Shown: positions 19,284-29,976 of the stretch, one piece after another
Layout: the number at the start of each line of letters is the position of its first letter
Numbering within the stretch: position 1 is the stretch's first letter
From: a virus
Lineage: Duplodnaviria; Caudoviricetes
Length of the DNA: 64,000 bases
Direction: 5' to 3' (one strand)
IMG/VR virus record: IMGVR_UViG_3300020036_001753
Location: 26,847-90,846 of that record
Notes under the pieces: generated by a model
Seen by the model: the letters and a program-made list of their open reading frames with translations, nothing else
The model's database searches: none
What the model was told of the DNA's origin: nothing
Translations under genes and position numbers: made by a program

Positions 19284-19690
19284 ATTATATTATAAAATAA
19301 ACAGTAACAGGGTGCAGTATCTTTTACTCTATTTCCTGTCATCGAAATAAGATTATTGACTTGAAATTGAATATTATCGCTATTTAAAGTTCTATTACCA
19401 TAAGAACCTATACCTGGAATTATACCTTCATGATCTCTTCCAAGTTCTACTCTAGAATGAATAAATACTCTACCATTTTTACGTGGCGGAAACCATTGAG
19501 AAATTACTTTTAATGGCATCTTTCTTAAGTCTCCTACACCTATAGCTCTTTCAGGAGCTACGAATTCAAAATGTTGAGCATCTTCTGCCATAATAGGTAT
19601 TCCACTATTTAGAAGCTCTACTATCGTTAAAGCTTCTTCTTTTGACATTAGCACAAACATTGCTATTTTTTCTGATAACTTGATAATCAT
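19280..19690 (-). CDS. Hypothetical protein
   Basis: 136 aa with 4-nt overlaps at both ends. Confidence 0.65.
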   Translation of the reverse strand: MIIKLSEKIAMFVLMSKEEALTIVELLNSGIPIMAEDAQHFEFVAPERAIGVGDLRKMPLKVISQWFPPRKNGRVFIHSRVELGRDHEGIIPGIGSYGNRTLNSDNIQFQVNNLISMTGNRVKDTAPCYCLFYNII

Positions 19691-20790
19691 TGTGAATGGT
19701 TTACTGTTATAAAATCAATTAAATCGTTCTTGCTTTCTGGATATTCATCCATAAGTTCTAATAGTTCGTGTGTTTGTTCTAATCCAAATTTAGCTAAATA
19801 ATCAGAAATATCTTTAGCTTCGTAGTTAATAGTATTGAGAATGCCATTGGTAAGAAAGTTTGGTTGAATACCATAACGCTTTCTCATAAAATTGCTAGTT
19901 TTTATACCAATATACTCAAAATCTAATAAAGACTTAATCTCTTTCCAATTTGTAGCTAAAGAAAAATGTTGTGTACTTGTAAGTGGGATACCTTCTGCGC
20001 AAAGCCCAATAGATTGCCTATTAAAATGTTTATGTAAAACAACAACATCTTTATAAGCTTTTGTTACTCTTCCTAGTTTAGCAGGTTTAATTAAATGTGT
20101 TCCTTGTAGAGCATTTGTGTTTGTTAAAAATCTAAATCGAGATTTCCTTAATGGAAAGTAGATTTTCCATAAGCTGACATTATCTTGCATACCAAGCCAA
20201 TAGGCATAAGCAGGATCTTTATCGTTATAATCATAAACTAATTGCTTATTTATATAAAGATAGTAAACAGGGTAAACTAGATAAGCATTTTGAAGTTCTT
20301 CTAAATCAGTAATATAATACTGTTTCCAATAATCAGTATCTTTAATAACCCAATTTCTAGGAGTTATATCAAATACAGATACAGACTTTTCTTTAATGTT
20401 TTTAGGTTTATTAGTATAATTTTCAGAGGTTTCGTTAATGTAATTTAGTAGCTTAAATTCTTTGGCTATTATTTCTAGTATTATATTAAAATCTACAGGA
20501 TTAGAAGCACTTAATAAATTTTGGTATCCTACAACATCAAAACAATCTCCATGAAAATAGCCAGCAAAATCATTCATTTTTAGTCTACCATTTCTCCAAT
20601 AAAATCCACAAGTAGGATTATTATCTGTTCGTAAAGGAGAACACATTAACAAATTACTTTCAGTACAATTACTAATTTCTATTTCCGTAACAACACGATT
20701 TCCTTTAGAGAGAAACTTAGAAAAGATTTCTTCTTGATTGATATATTCTAATATCAACGTTCTTGTTAATTTTTCTGTTATTCCGAACAT
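19687..20790 (-). CDS. DNA primase, crAss-like DnaG type
   Basis: CSPLRTDNNPTCGF...DFAGYFHGDCFD zinc-binding region; TKAYKDV Toprim-like region. Confidence 0.8.
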   Translation of the reverse strand: MFGITEKLTRTLILEYINQEEIFSKFLSKGNRVVTEIEISNCTESNLLMCSPLRTDNNPTCGFYWRNGRLKMNDFAGYFHGDCFDVVGYQNLLSASNPVDFNIILEIIAKEFKLLNYINETSENYTNKPKNIKEKSVSVFDITPRNWVIKDTDYWKQYYITDLEELQNAYLVYPVYYLYINKQLVYDYNDKDPAYAYWLGMQDNVSLWKIYFPLRKSRFRFLTNTNALQGTHLIKPAKLGRVTKAYKDVVVLHKHFNRQSIGLCAEGIPLTSTQHFSLATNWKEIKSLLDFEYIGIKTSNFMRKRYGIQPNFLTNGILNTINYEAKDISDYLAKFGLEQTHELLELMDEYPESKNDLIDFITVNHSQ

Positions 20791-20806
20791 AAGATTATAT
20801 ATAATT

Positions 20807-20843
20807 AAAAAAGCCCTGCCACTAATAAAAAGGGCAAGGCTTT
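20807..20843 (-). terminator. Intrinsic terminator
   Basis: aaagccctgcc...gggcaaggcttt imperfect stem with T-run on the minus strand. Confidence 0.55.
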
Positions 20844-20863
20844 GTACAAAAGAGAAATGTAAA

Positions 20864-21643
20864 CTATGAGTTCTTCAACCAGGGAAACGCGCCAGTAGTT
20901 CCTCCACTAGGCGTTACAGGATTATTAGGCAATCCGGTTGCAACAGGAGCAGCAGCAGGTGGCGGGATAAACTTGTCACGAGCCGTAACAGATAGGATAC
21001 TGTTAATGTTAGGTCTAATTTGCTCAATAAAGTTAGGACTAGAAGGAAACTCTAATCTATCTTTATCGTAAACAAGTTTGAATCTAACAGGAACATTCTC
21101 ATAAATCTTAGCTCCATTTTTAGAAGTATTGAAAGCCATCGCAATTGCTTTCCAATAATCTTCAAAATTGAGAAGCGGACTTCCATACAGTTTAGTAAGA
21201 TTGGCTCCAGATAGCGCCATAGTAGCGGTTCCAGGCGCAAAAGCTTCCCAAATATGTCCTATTGCAGTATTCGTTATCCGCAACATAGTATCATACTTGT
21301 TATTCTTATTCTTATCTACTTCTGTTTTAGTCTTTTCTGCTATCGAGTAGTAATCCGCTATATGCGTATATGTACCTTCAGGATCAGTAAATTCAAATTT
21401 CAGTACCAAATTGATACTGTCATCTGTAACCTGTTCCGTTGTAGGTTCTTCACCGGTATTCAAAACTACTCCGTCAAGCAGTCTGTATTTTCTTTTGATT
21501 GACTTTACAGCCGAAACATTAGTAAGAAACCCAACACAAAATGGATCACTACGCTGTCCAGTTCTGTAAAGTTCATAATAGTCTGTAACGGGAAAAGGTA
21601 CTGCCGCTACTAACCTATCAGTACTATTTAATCCAAAATCCAT
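20864..21643 (-). CDS. Hypothetical replication-module protein
   Basis: 259 aa with a Pro/Ala-rich C-tail; flanked by terminators. Confidence 0.75.
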   Translation of the reverse strand: MDFGLNSTDRLVAAVPFPVTDYYELYRTGQRSDPFCVGFLTNVSAVKSIKRKYRLLDGVVLNTGEEPTTEQVTDDSINLVLKFEFTDPEGTYTHIADYYSIAEKTKTEVDKNKNNKYDTMLRITNTAIGHIWEAFAPGTATMALSGANLTKLYGSPLLNFEDYWKAIAMAFNTSKNGAKIYENVPVRFKLVYDKDRLEFPSSPNFIEQIRPNINSILSVTARDKFIPPPAAAPVATGLPNNPVTPSGGTTGAFPWLKNS

Positions 21644-21669
21644 ATTATTGTTATTATTGATGATAAATG

Positions 21670-21707
21670 AAAAAGTAATGGCTACCCCAAATTAATGGGG
21701 TAGCCAT
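21670..21707 (-). terminator. Intrinsic terminator
   Basis: Perfect 11-bp stem atggctacccc/ggggtagccat (21678-21707) plus T-run. Confidence 0.8.
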
Positions 21708-21721
21708 CAGAGACCGGCAAA

Positions 21722-22531
21722 TTAAATATTAAACGCACCATCCTCGTCATCAAGACCGGGAAGGGTAAAACCTTTTGCAGCAGGAACTTCAGAGTTTGTA
21801 GCGGTTGCAGTGCTATTATCGTCATCATCATCATCATTAGTCGATGTGACAGGATCAGTTACATACAAGAAATCTGTGCTGGAATCAGACAGTTCATCAA
21901 ACGTAGCCAATCTTACATCACTACCGCCAATGGTAGGCTGAATAACAAGGAATTGAGCACCTACTGGGAAAACTACAGCCAAACTAGTAACAACACTAGG
22001 AACGCCATCTACAAGCACAAAGCCGTGAGCTTTTGTAGCTTTATAAGTAACGCGACCTTCTTTGTTACCGCCGAGGTGATACCATGCAGCAGAGCTACTG
22101 AAAGCAGGACTCTTAGCATCTGACAAAATATTACCAACAACTGCATGATCTTTTTCATCACCAAGTTGCTCTTGAACCCAAGCAGTACGCTGAGCCTCAT
22201 AAGCTGCACGTCTGTCACGACGAGTTGCAAGGTCACCGGAAGGCATAGGATTCTCATTCTGATAACGAGCTTCCAGAGCATCAGTTTTGTTAGTAATACC
22301 TTTGTAAATGGCGAATCCATTCATTCCCAAAGTAGAAAGATCTTTCACAACTACCCTGTTACCAGGAACGAGGTTGATAAGTTGCATCGCAGCGGGAGTA
22401 ATACCGATACTGCCAGGATTAATAGAACAATACACTTGAGCGTGTACGGTAGCAGAAGCACCTTTTTTTCCGGTTACTGTTGCAGCACCTGCTGCTGATA
22501 AAAATTCGTCTAAACTGAATACTTTTGACAT
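21722..22531 (-). CDS. Hypothetical protein with acidic tail (SSB candidate)
   Basis: 269 aa, beta-rich, DDDDDD tract and C-terminal LDDEDGAFNI; adjacent to the RecT-like gene. Confidence 0.55.
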   Translation of the reverse strand: MSKVFSLDEFLSAAGAATVTGKKGASATVHAQVYCSINPGSIGITPAAMQLINLVPGNRVVVKDLSTLGMNGFAIYKGITNKTDALEARYQNENPMPSGDLATRRDRRAAYEAQRTAWVQEQLGDEKDHAVVGNILSDAKSPAFSSSAAWYHLGGNKEGRVTYKATKAHGFVLVDGVPSVVTSLAVVFPVGAQFLVIQPTIGGSDVRLATFDELSDSSTDFLYVTDPVTSTNDDDDDDNSTATATNSEVPAAKGFTLPGLDDEDGAFNI

Positions 22532-22570
22532 CTTTAAAACGTTTTAAAAAAATTAATAAAATAAAGTTAA

Positions 22571-23320
22571 CTATTCCAAAATTGTGAAGTCTCCGTCTTC
22601 TGTAACGGTTACATTAGCGTTATTGATTTCTGCTTCTTCAAGCAGATGTCTCATGCCGCCTGTAATATCTGCGCCAATTTTTCTAGCACCGAATGTATAA
22701 GCCTTTGCATGAAAACAATTTTTAGGGTACTTTTTATAAGTATCTTTATTATCTAATCCTGCTTGTTTAGCATCAGCCCAACAGAACTGTCCTCTTTCAA
22801 TCATAAGCTTACCGCCAATCCAACGTTCAAAACGTATAGTAGTACGATAATCATAAGGTTTAGGCGCTCTGATAACTGTAATCTTACTAGTATCTAACAA
22901 ATTTTGCTTATGTAGATGCTCTGCTATAGCAGCATTGTCAAATGCTTGGTAAAGATCAGGATTTGCAGCAACATCGTCTTGTGTCACATACTGATTCTCA
23001 TTGATATAGTACAGGTAAAGTGGCTTGTAATCCTCTTCGGTTTCGCTATATATACCGCAAGACTGAATCAAGGCTCTAAACATATGACTATCAATAGAAA
23101 CAACGCCATTAACAACAAAACAATGTGAAAGAGCGGGTATGAAAGATACTTTGGGATCAATAGCCCAAAGAGCTATCGACATTACTTCCTCGACGGAATT
23201 GAATCTGGTAATTGCTTTGTAAAAAGGTTCACAAAATCTTCTCAATTGTTCTACATCATCGTAGGCAATAAATTTTGCTACTTCTGTATTATCAATCTTT
23301 GCTAATTTGTTTTCTTCCAT
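22571..23320 (-). CDS. RecT-like single-strand annealing protein
   Basis: ALSHCFVVNG..SIDSHMFRALI and FCWADAKQAGL..KDTYKKYPKNCFHAKA patterns. Confidence 0.65.
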   Translation of the reverse strand: MEENKLAKIDNTEVAKFIAYDDVEQLRRFCEPFYKAITRFNSVEEVMSIALWAIDPKVSFIPALSHCFVVNGVVSIDSHMFRALIQSCGIYSETEEDYKPLYLYYINENQYVTQDDVAANPDLYQAFDNAAIAEHLHKQNLLDTSKITVIRAPKPYDYRTTIRFERWIGGKLMIERGQFCWADAKQAGLDNKDTYKKYPKNCFHAKAYTFGARKIGADITGGMRHLLEEAEINNANVTVTEDGDFTILE

Positions 23321-23342
23321 GACATAAAGATACGTTAATTTT

Positions 23343-24473
23343 TTAATTTATTAATGAGAATCCGTTATTATTATTTACTTCGAGTTCTCTAATCTTGCCT
23401 ATACTTAGATCACTTGCCAGCCAGCTTTGTCCGGTTGTTCCAAACCTGGTCTTAATCCAAGATAAATGCAGTACCGGCAAATATCGTTCCTCATGGGCTA
23501 TTATGGTGGGTAACTCTAAAAGACCGTATTTTCCTATTCCCAAATAGGATGGACAGTATAATAGAGCCACATAATCCGCACCCTGATAGATCATACCGCC
23601 CATGTAAATATCAGATTTAACAGGAAACTGTAGTTCTTTTACAGTCCTTCTCTTAATATCTTCTATTTCATTATTGAATTGCCCAAGATTGATGGTCATT
23701 AACTTATCATCGAGTTCTTCTTTCAAAGCTATTTGCTCTTTAATAAGCTCATTTTGTAACTCTAGATCATTCTTTTCATCATAGCGACTTACTAATAAAG
23801 TATGATCTAAAGTTGCTATTATTTTGTAAGGTTTTGGACCTCCTATTTTCTCAATTTGATTAGCTACGTCAATTAGTGTGTTTCGTATCTGCATCCGGTT
23901 CATTCTTCCTTTTGTTGTTATAACTCTGTCATTTCGTGTTTTAATATAAGCTTCTCCTATTTTGGAGAAAATCTTAATTTCTTCGTCTGTTAGTCTGTTG
24001 TATATATTTGGTTTACTAATTACATTAGCACTCATAAGATAATCAAAGGAGTATCCTCCGATCGTACAGATAGTTCTAATGTATTCATGAGTTCCAGCCA
24101 TTTCTAAGCTAAAACTTACAATAATCGGTATAAAATTTAGATTAGCATTTAAAGCAGGTCTGTAAAGAGTATTACCAACTTCTTTAAATTCTCCTTTTGT
24201 TGTTAAATGAAGTATTAATTCATCACTAATTCCATCCATACTTATAACCATATCTTCAGTATCAGTAAAGTCGGTTTTAAGCATATTAAGAATAAACGAT
24301 TTACCAGCACCAGAAGCTCCAGCTAAGAAATAAATATTCTTAAATCTAAAAGCTTTAAGAACTGCTCTATTAACAGTATCCCAACGACAAATTAAGCCGC
24401 CAGTACTATTTCTAGCTTCCTCTAGTTCCCTAATTGCAGCATTATGGTCGTTTTCTAAAGTTGTAAAGATCAT
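23343..24473 (-). CDS. dnaB: DnaB-like replicative helicase
   Basis: Walker A GASGAGKS, FSLEM, LDHTLL, LGQFN, GADYVALL, IKTRFG. Confidence 0.88.
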   Translation of the reverse strand: MIFTTLENDHNAAIRELEEARNSTGGLICRWDTVNRAVLKAFRFKNIYFLAGASGAGKSFILNMLKTDFTDTEDMVISMDGISDELILHLTTKGEFKEVGNTLYRPALNANLNFIPIIVSFSLEMAGTHEYIRTICTIGGYSFDYLMSANVISKPNIYNRLTDEEIKIFSKIGEAYIKTRNDRVITTKGRMNRMQIRNTLIDVANQIEKIGGPKPYKIIATLDHTLLVSRYDEKNDLELQNELIKEQIALKEELDDKLMTINLGQFNNEIEDIKRRTVKELQFPVKSDIYMGGMIYQGADYVALLYCPSYLGIGKYGLLELPTIIAHEERYLPVLHLSWIKTRFGTTGQSWLASDLSIGKIRELEVNNNNGFSLIN

Positions 24474-25054
24474 TTGTTAATCATTTGATTAAAGTTAATA
24501 GTAGAAGGATCACTAGTATCTTTAAGTCTCATCTCTCTTATAGATTTATAAAAGTGACTAGACAAATAGTTAGTAATCTTCATATTAATTAAGTTATGTG
24601 CGATACCATACTTTAGATCAGCAAGCATTTCATTATGCTCACTAACGCTATTAGCTATCATAGTCACATAATCTTTTTTAATCTCCTGCCTATTACCAGA
24701 TATTAACGGAATGTTAATATTGTTAATTCTAGTAAATGCAGGATAATTACAAATGAACTCTTCACCTAAATCCATATTAGAGAAATGATTAGCAAACTTA
24801 GGCGTAACAGTATAACCTGCTGCTCCGCCTTTTTGTAACCAACCTCTCTGCACAAGCGAAGCTTTTTCAGCCTCGGTAATCATAATTCGTTTGCCATCTA
24901 TATCTTTACCAAAATGCTTAATATAAGCACCTAGTAAATCAAAATGGCTTGTGTCAATGTACTCGGCTAGGTATAACAAATACAAGAGAAGAAATTCCTC
25001 TTGTGTTATACCTAGCTTGATTAGAAACGGAATGTACTGTTTTACGTCTATCAT
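24470..25054 (-). CDS. Hypothetical protein, possible replication initiator/wHTH
   Basis: LGITQEEFLLLYLL...LVQRGWL pattern; coupled to the helicases. Confidence 0.5.
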   Translation of the reverse strand: MIDVKQYIPFLIKLGITQEEFLLLYLLYLAEYIDTSHFDLLGAYIKHFGKDIDGKRIMITEAEKASLVQRGWLQKGGAAGYTVTPKFANHFSNMDLGEEFICNYPAFTRINNINIPLISGNRQEIKKDYVTMIANSVSEHNEMLADLKYGIAHNLINMKITNYLSSHFYKSIREMRLKDTSDPSTINFNQMINK

Positions 25055-26565
25055 AGTCCAAACTCAAATATTGGTTTATATTCATGAGCAACTTGCTCGA
25101 TTTTACAAAAATAAACGTTAGCTCTATTGGTATCCTTTAAAGATCTTTGAAGAGCAAACTCTTCTAAAGTATTTCTACAATAAAGATATACAATTAGCGC
25201 CTTTTCTTTAGCACCTTTCCGTGTAGTTCTTCCTTTCCGTTGAATTAACTTATTAGGCGAAGAAGCCGCACCATTAATAATAGCTATTTCAATTTCAGGA
25301 TCGTCGTGACCTTTGTTAAGAGCTTCCGAAGTGTTTAACCAACTAACTTCATTGTTAAAGTGATGTACTAACGTTAAAGCTCTTAGTGTAGCAGAACCAT
25401 GCTTCTTAATAACACCTTTCTTAGTAGTATCGAATTTCTCTCCCTTTAATAATGATAGATTGTTATTAGCATCTCGATACAACGGTCTTGAAGGTAGATT
25501 AGAATGATAAGATAACGCTATAAGCTTATTAGCTCTTTCATTGACAGTTTGCGTTATCCTGTCGCTGTAATCCGTGTTGTTACTGAATGTAATAAACTTC
25601 TTATCCTTATATTTATCATACAAGTATAAGATTTTATCCATCTTGTCCTCTGCATTGTTTAGTAACTTTTTTCTACTTTGAATAGCTTTGTTTAGCTCTT
25701 TAGCATAACCAAGAACCTTATTAGGATTCCAGTTATCATCAGCAACTCTAGCCATTTCAAGGTACTCATTACTAAACTCTTGAGGATTTCGTAAAGCGTA
25801 TGGATATTTTGCATTCCATCCGTTATGACAAGCCCACTGAAAACAACATTCATAAGCTGAAATAACTTCGCCATCTTCAGTTTTAGCACCTCCTAGGCAA
25901 TCGTAAGCATTCTTAAGATTACCATTAAACTTCTGTAAATAATTATCTACAGTTGTCGATAGTTCATCGTAAACTGCTCGTTCTTCTAACGTAAGATCAA
26001 TCGAAACACAAAATATATTGTAAGGCGTTATCCAATTATTTTCCAAAGCCTCACTCTCAAGTATCTCGTCTATTACAGGGAACTTTGCTAGAAATTCCTT
26101 ATCTCTCTTTTGAGTATCTGTTGGATAAGCAGATAACCAAACTAGAAATCTAAACTTTATTGCATTGCCATTCCAAAGTTCCTGTCTACGTAAAGAATAA
26201 AATTCATCAACTTCGTCTAGTACAAGTAGATCACAAGAATCGTATATGTTATTTACGACAAAGTTTTGCGCTGTATCAATTCTAAAATTAGCTGTAGATT
26301 CAGGTAAAAAGTCATTAACTCCCTTGATCCAAGCTTCTTTTAGATTTGTTGTAGTAATTAACACTATAATCCTGATATTAGGATTTTTAACAAGCATAGG
26401 CTTACAGATGTAATTGAGTACAGTAAAAGTTTTGCCAAATCCTGTAGGATAGACAAGACCTCCACGACCTCCAGCTTTATTCCAAGACATTGCACCTTCT
26501 TGCTGTCTTTTAGCTTTTGTTTCGTCTAGTATCATATCGAAGTTTATTTTGAATGATAGTATCAC
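25051..26565 (-). CDS. Superfamily 2 helicase
   Basis: YPTGFGKT, LVLDEVD, LSAYP and QRKGRTTR motifs. Confidence 0.88.
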   Translation of the reverse strand: MILSFKINFDMILDETKAKRQQEGAMSWNKAGGRGGLVYPTGFGKTFTVLNYICKPMLVKNPNIRIIVLITTTNLKEAWIKGVNDFLPESTANFRIDTAQNFVVNNIYDSCDLLVLDEVDEFYSLRRQELWNGNAIKFRFLVWLSAYPTDTQKRDKEFLAKFPVIDEILESEALENNWITPYNIFCVSIDLTLEERAVYDELSTTVDNYLQKFNGNLKNAYDCLGGAKTEDGEVISAYECCFQWACHNGWNAKYPYALRNPQEFSNEYLEMARVADDNWNPNKVLGYAKELNKAIQSRKKLLNNAEDKMDKILYLYDKYKDKKFITFSNNTDYSDRITQTVNERANKLIALSYHSNLPSRPLYRDANNNLSLLKGEKFDTTKKGVIKKHGSATLRALTLVHHFNNEVSWLNTSEALNKGHDDPEIEIAIINGAASSPNKLIQRKGRTTRKGAKEKALIVYLYCRNTLEEFALQRSLKDTNRANVYFCKIEQVAHEYKPIFEFGL

Positions 26566-26773
26566 CTTGATCTTCTGCTATAATAATTATATTAGGTTCT
26601 TCTCTAACTAAATCTTGATTCCATCCTTGATCCATACAAATAGATATAATTTCTTCGCCAGTAAGAGAAGCTACCGCAGTTAAACCTTCTTTTGCATTTT
26701 CAGCTGAAATAACAAAAGAACTCGATCTTTCGATTAGTACCTTTTGTCTAATTGTTATTTTTACTTTTTCCAT
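26510..26773 (-). CDS. Hypothetical protein
   Basis: 87 aa, overlapping both neighbours. Confidence 0.55.
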   Translation of the reverse strand: MEKVKITIRQKVLIERSSSFVISAENAKEGLTAVASLTGEEIISICMDQGWNQDLVREEPNIIIIAEDQGDTIIQNKLRYDTRRNKS

Positions 26774-28983
26774 TTTTTATCAAGAACCGCTTCGGCTCCC
26801 ATTTTATAATGTTTTAAATAAAGGTTCGCTGTTTCACACATGATATAAGTAACTAATTCCGCAAAGTTAAATCTACCAAATTGCTTAGTTAGTTCTTTAT
26901 CGTTAACTTGCACTACTAGCTCGTCGTGCACTTGAAGTATCAACTTAGCGTCTATGTTATTTAGCTTGAATGTCTTATATAAACGTACCATAGCTTCTTT
27001 AATCATTGAAGCTTGTGTACCTTGAATAAGACAGTTTCTGGCTGTTCCTTCAACGTCAGTTTTATCACCATCTTTCAACTTGTATTCTCCTCTCTTATGC
27101 ATAATGATAGGTGGAAACAGAATTATTTCTTTAGTCCTATCATTAAGAGTAAGATAACCTTGCTCTAAAGCTAATTCGGCTTGAGATTCAACAAACCTAA
27201 AACTATCAGGAATAGTTTTCTTCATAGTATTTATTACTATGTAGCCTTCATCCTTATTAATCTTTAACGTCTTAGCGCATTTATTAGGAAACATACCATA
27301 CAATGCACCAAACGTTATTGGTTTGAAGTCTGTTCGCATATCTTTATTAGTCTTTTTATCTATTATAAAAGACTCATAATGATTGTAATAATGCGCACCA
27401 TAAGTATTTGCTTTAATAAGCAAATGCGCTCTAGGATTATCAAGTTGATCTTCAAATTCGTAATGATTTCTCCATACTCCTGCTACTAATCCTGCTCTAT
27501 AAAGATAAATATTACGCCAACAAGTTTGAGCAATAGGGCTATGAGCATCATCATTAATAACTGCCCATTGATACAGTTGTTCATCGTGTGCTTTATCGCA
27601 GATAATAGTAACTTCCGCTCCTGATAAATCTACAGTTAATAAGCTGTAACCTTCCGGAGCGATAACCATATCTCTATAGCGGCTTTCTCTTGGAATATTT
27701 TGACTGTTGATTTTATCTTTCTGATTCTTACCTCCTCCAGATTGAAATCTTCCAGTCTTAGCATTTTCAGTTCGATATAAAGTATGCAGTTTACCTGTAT
27801 GCTTGTTAAGTTTTTCAAGTAAAGCTAGACCATAAGTAGATTCAAACTTTTCAAAACGACGATAAGCTATTAATTTCTTATAAATGTCAATACCTTCAAT
27901 GTTAGGATTTTCTACAACCATCAGTTCAAGTTCTTTCTTATTGGTTGTAAATTTGCCATTCTTAGAAATTAACTTATTGTCTTTATCGTACTTAGGAACA
28001 CTATATTGAGTACCTCTTTCAGTAACCATTGGTAAAGGCAAACCTATATGCGCAAACAGCTTAGTTATAGCTGTCGAACTATTAAGGTTAACCATTCCAC
28101 TATTTACTTTCTTAGGTCTTTTCAAATCTTTGTTAGATATAGCTTCGCCAAATAAACCTAGTTGAGTAGGCATAGATGTAAAAGTTCTATTAACTTTCAA
28201 TATAGGATTAATAGCATTTAGTTCAGATTTACTTAAATGTACTCTAGCATATTCTCTAACAGCCACGTCAAAAGCATTTGCTACCTCATGTTTTTGTTGT
28301 TTAAGATACTGATCATTAGCTTCAACTTGTTTTAAGTTAATAGTCAAACCTTCATTCTCCATATCTCCGACAACTCTAATCAATTCAAATCCTATCTTTT
28401 CTAAATAGAACTTAAAGTTGTTTAGAATTGGTTCTTGGGCTTTCATTAACGGTAATAAATACCGTATATCATTGAAAAGATAATCAATATGTCTTTTTTG
28501 AGGTATAAAGTTATTAGGATCGACTCCTATAAACTCTTTTCTATCATCTTTAGATAACGTTACTTTAGGGTAATATCTATGTACAATAGCAGCTAAGTTC
28601 ATAGGTAAACCAAATTCGCTAGAATCTCCTATTTGCATACCTTGATAAGCTTTTTGTTCAGCTATCATGATATCATAGAAAGTTCCAAAAGAAAACCCAA
28701 GCAAAGCTAATATACTGTAGTCATATTTGAGATTATGCCCGACTATTTTGTTATTAGCAAAATCAAAATTATTGGGATTAATAAACTCTCTGTCTATTAC
28801 TATGTAATCAGTATTACTAGAAAGTCCTAATAACAATATATCAGATCTAGAATCTAAACCGTTAGCTTCAATATCTAATCCGACTGTTTTATTAGCCGCT
28901 AGAAACTTTTGCACAATAGTAATATCTTCTGTACAGGTAGTTCCTTCCCAATTATGTTTACGTCTAGTGATATAATGTTGCAT
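26761..28983 (-). CDS. polA: DNA polymerase family A with 3'-5' exonuclease
   Basis: Exo motifs GLDIEAN, GHNLKYD, YLFND; polymerase motifs TGRFQS, DLSGAEV, KPITFGALYG, IQGTQA, QVHDEL. Confidence 0.95.
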   Translation of the reverse strand: MQHYITRRKHNWEGTTCTEDITIVQKFLAANKTVGLDIEANGLDSRSDILLLGLSSNTDYIVIDREFINPNNFDFANNKIVGHNLKYDYSILALLGFSFGTFYDIMIAEQKAYQGMQIGDSSEFGLPMNLAAIVHRYYPKVTLSKDDRKEFIGVDPNNFIPQKRHIDYLFNDIRYLLPLMKAQEPILNNFKFYLEKIGFELIRVVGDMENEGLTINLKQVEANDQYLKQQKHEVANAFDVAVREYARVHLSKSELNAINPILKVNRTFTSMPTQLGLFGEAISNKDLKRPKKVNSGMVNLNSSTAITKLFAHIGLPLPMVTERGTQYSVPKYDKDNKLISKNGKFTTNKKELELMVVENPNIEGIDIYKKLIAYRRFEKFESTYGLALLEKLNKHTGKLHTLYRTENAKTGRFQSGGGKNQKDKINSQNIPRESRYRDMVIAPEGYSLLTVDLSGAEVTIICDKAHDEQLYQWAVINDDAHSPIAQTCWRNIYLYRAGLVAGVWRNHYEFEDQLDNPRAHLLIKANTYGAHYYNHYESFIIDKKTNKDMRTDFKPITFGALYGMFPNKCAKTLKINKDEGYIVINTMKKTIPDSFRFVESQAELALEQGYLTLNDRTKEIILFPPIIMHKRGEYKLKDGDKTDVEGTARNCLIQGTQASMIKEAMVRLYKTFKLNNIDAKLILQVHDELVVQVNDKELTKQFGRFNFAELVTYIMCETANLYLKHYKMGAEAVLDKKWKK

Positions 28984-28994
28984 AGTAAGATATT

Positions 28995-29025
28995 AAAAAG
29001 GGATGCCACTTTATAGTGGCATCCC
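28995..29025 (-). terminator. Intrinsic terminator
   Basis: Perfect 11-bp stem gggatgccact-ttat-agtggcatccc plus T-run. Confidence 0.8.
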
Positions 29026-29054
29026 CTATATTAAACAAACATGAAATGGAAACA

Positions 29055-29576
29055 TTAGGCGAATATCAACGGATTGTCAATAGTTTCTTGAACGATTTTA
29101 GCTTTTGTTTCAAGTCCTTTCAACTCTCCGCGTTTAGCTGCAAGTTTGTCAAGAATTTCTTGACGAGTAAAGCCAGGGTCATTACTATTTTCAGCATCAT
29201 TTTTAAGATTAACTAAGTTAGTAATTGCAGCTTGCAGTACTTTGCGTCTTTCATCTAAAGAGGTACGAGTAGCCAAAGCTTCTTTGTAGATATTAGCTTT
29301 TTTAGCTTGATACTCTACATAGGCAGATTTACGCATCGCCATAACTTTAACGTTACCGTATTCAAGAGACTTCTTTGCAAGCTCAACGGATCTTCTGTTC
29401 TTATATTCAACAGGCTGTACTGTACAAGTACGACCATTACGAATAATAAGAATGAAGTTATCCTGGTCAGTATCAGTTGCAACATCAATTTTGGTATTAG
29501 CAACAGAACGTTGTTTAGCTACCTTAGCTTTAGCAACCTTTTCAACTTTTTTAGCATTTTGTTTTGCTTGGCTCAT
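29055..29576 (-). CDS. Basic hypothetical protein
   Basis: 173 aa, K/A-rich N-terminus. Confidence 0.7.
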   Translation of the reverse strand: MSQAKQNAKKVEKVAKAKVAKQRSVANTKIDVATDTDQDNFILIIRNGRTCTVQPVEYKNRRSVELAKKSLEYGNVKVMAMRKSAYVEYQAKKANIYKEALATRTSLDERRKVLQAAITNLVNLKNDAENSNDPGFTRQEILDKLAAKRGELKGLETKAKIVQETIDNPLIFA

Positions 29577-29578
29577 TT

Positions 29579-29944
29579 CTAATTTAATTTTAGCAGTGAA
29601 TAATAGACAAATTTAGGTTTTTCTTCTATCGGAAGATCTTTAGTTTCCGGTGTATCAGGTAAAAGCTTTTGCCTAGCATTAATGCCAGCGTAATCTCTGC
29701 CTTTACTTGAATGGAATATTGGAGCATTTGTACCTTTGGCAGTCATAAGACCTTTCTGAATCAGTAGCATACGGTTGTTCATAAGCTGTCTAACATTTTT
29801 AATAGCTCGCTTAACCTTAGCTTTAGGTACATAATTCCAGGTTACTAACCCCATAGCTTCTTGTGCTAATGGAATAGTATCGTTGGTAGCTTTGAAAAAC
29901 TGGATGTTACCAGATTCCAGATGTTTAACTCTGATGTAACTCAT
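29579..29944 (-). CDS. Basic hypothetical protein
   Basis: 121 aa in the operon. Confidence 0.65.
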   Translation of the reverse strand: MSYIRVKHLESGNIQFFKATNDTIPLAQEAMGLVTWNYVPKAKVKRAIKNVRQLMNNRMLLIQKGLMTAKGTNAPIFHSSKGRDYAGINARQKLLPDTPETKDLPIEEKPKFVYYSLLKLN

Positions 29945-29976
29945 GTCTACAATTTATTTAAAAGATGAATAGATAG

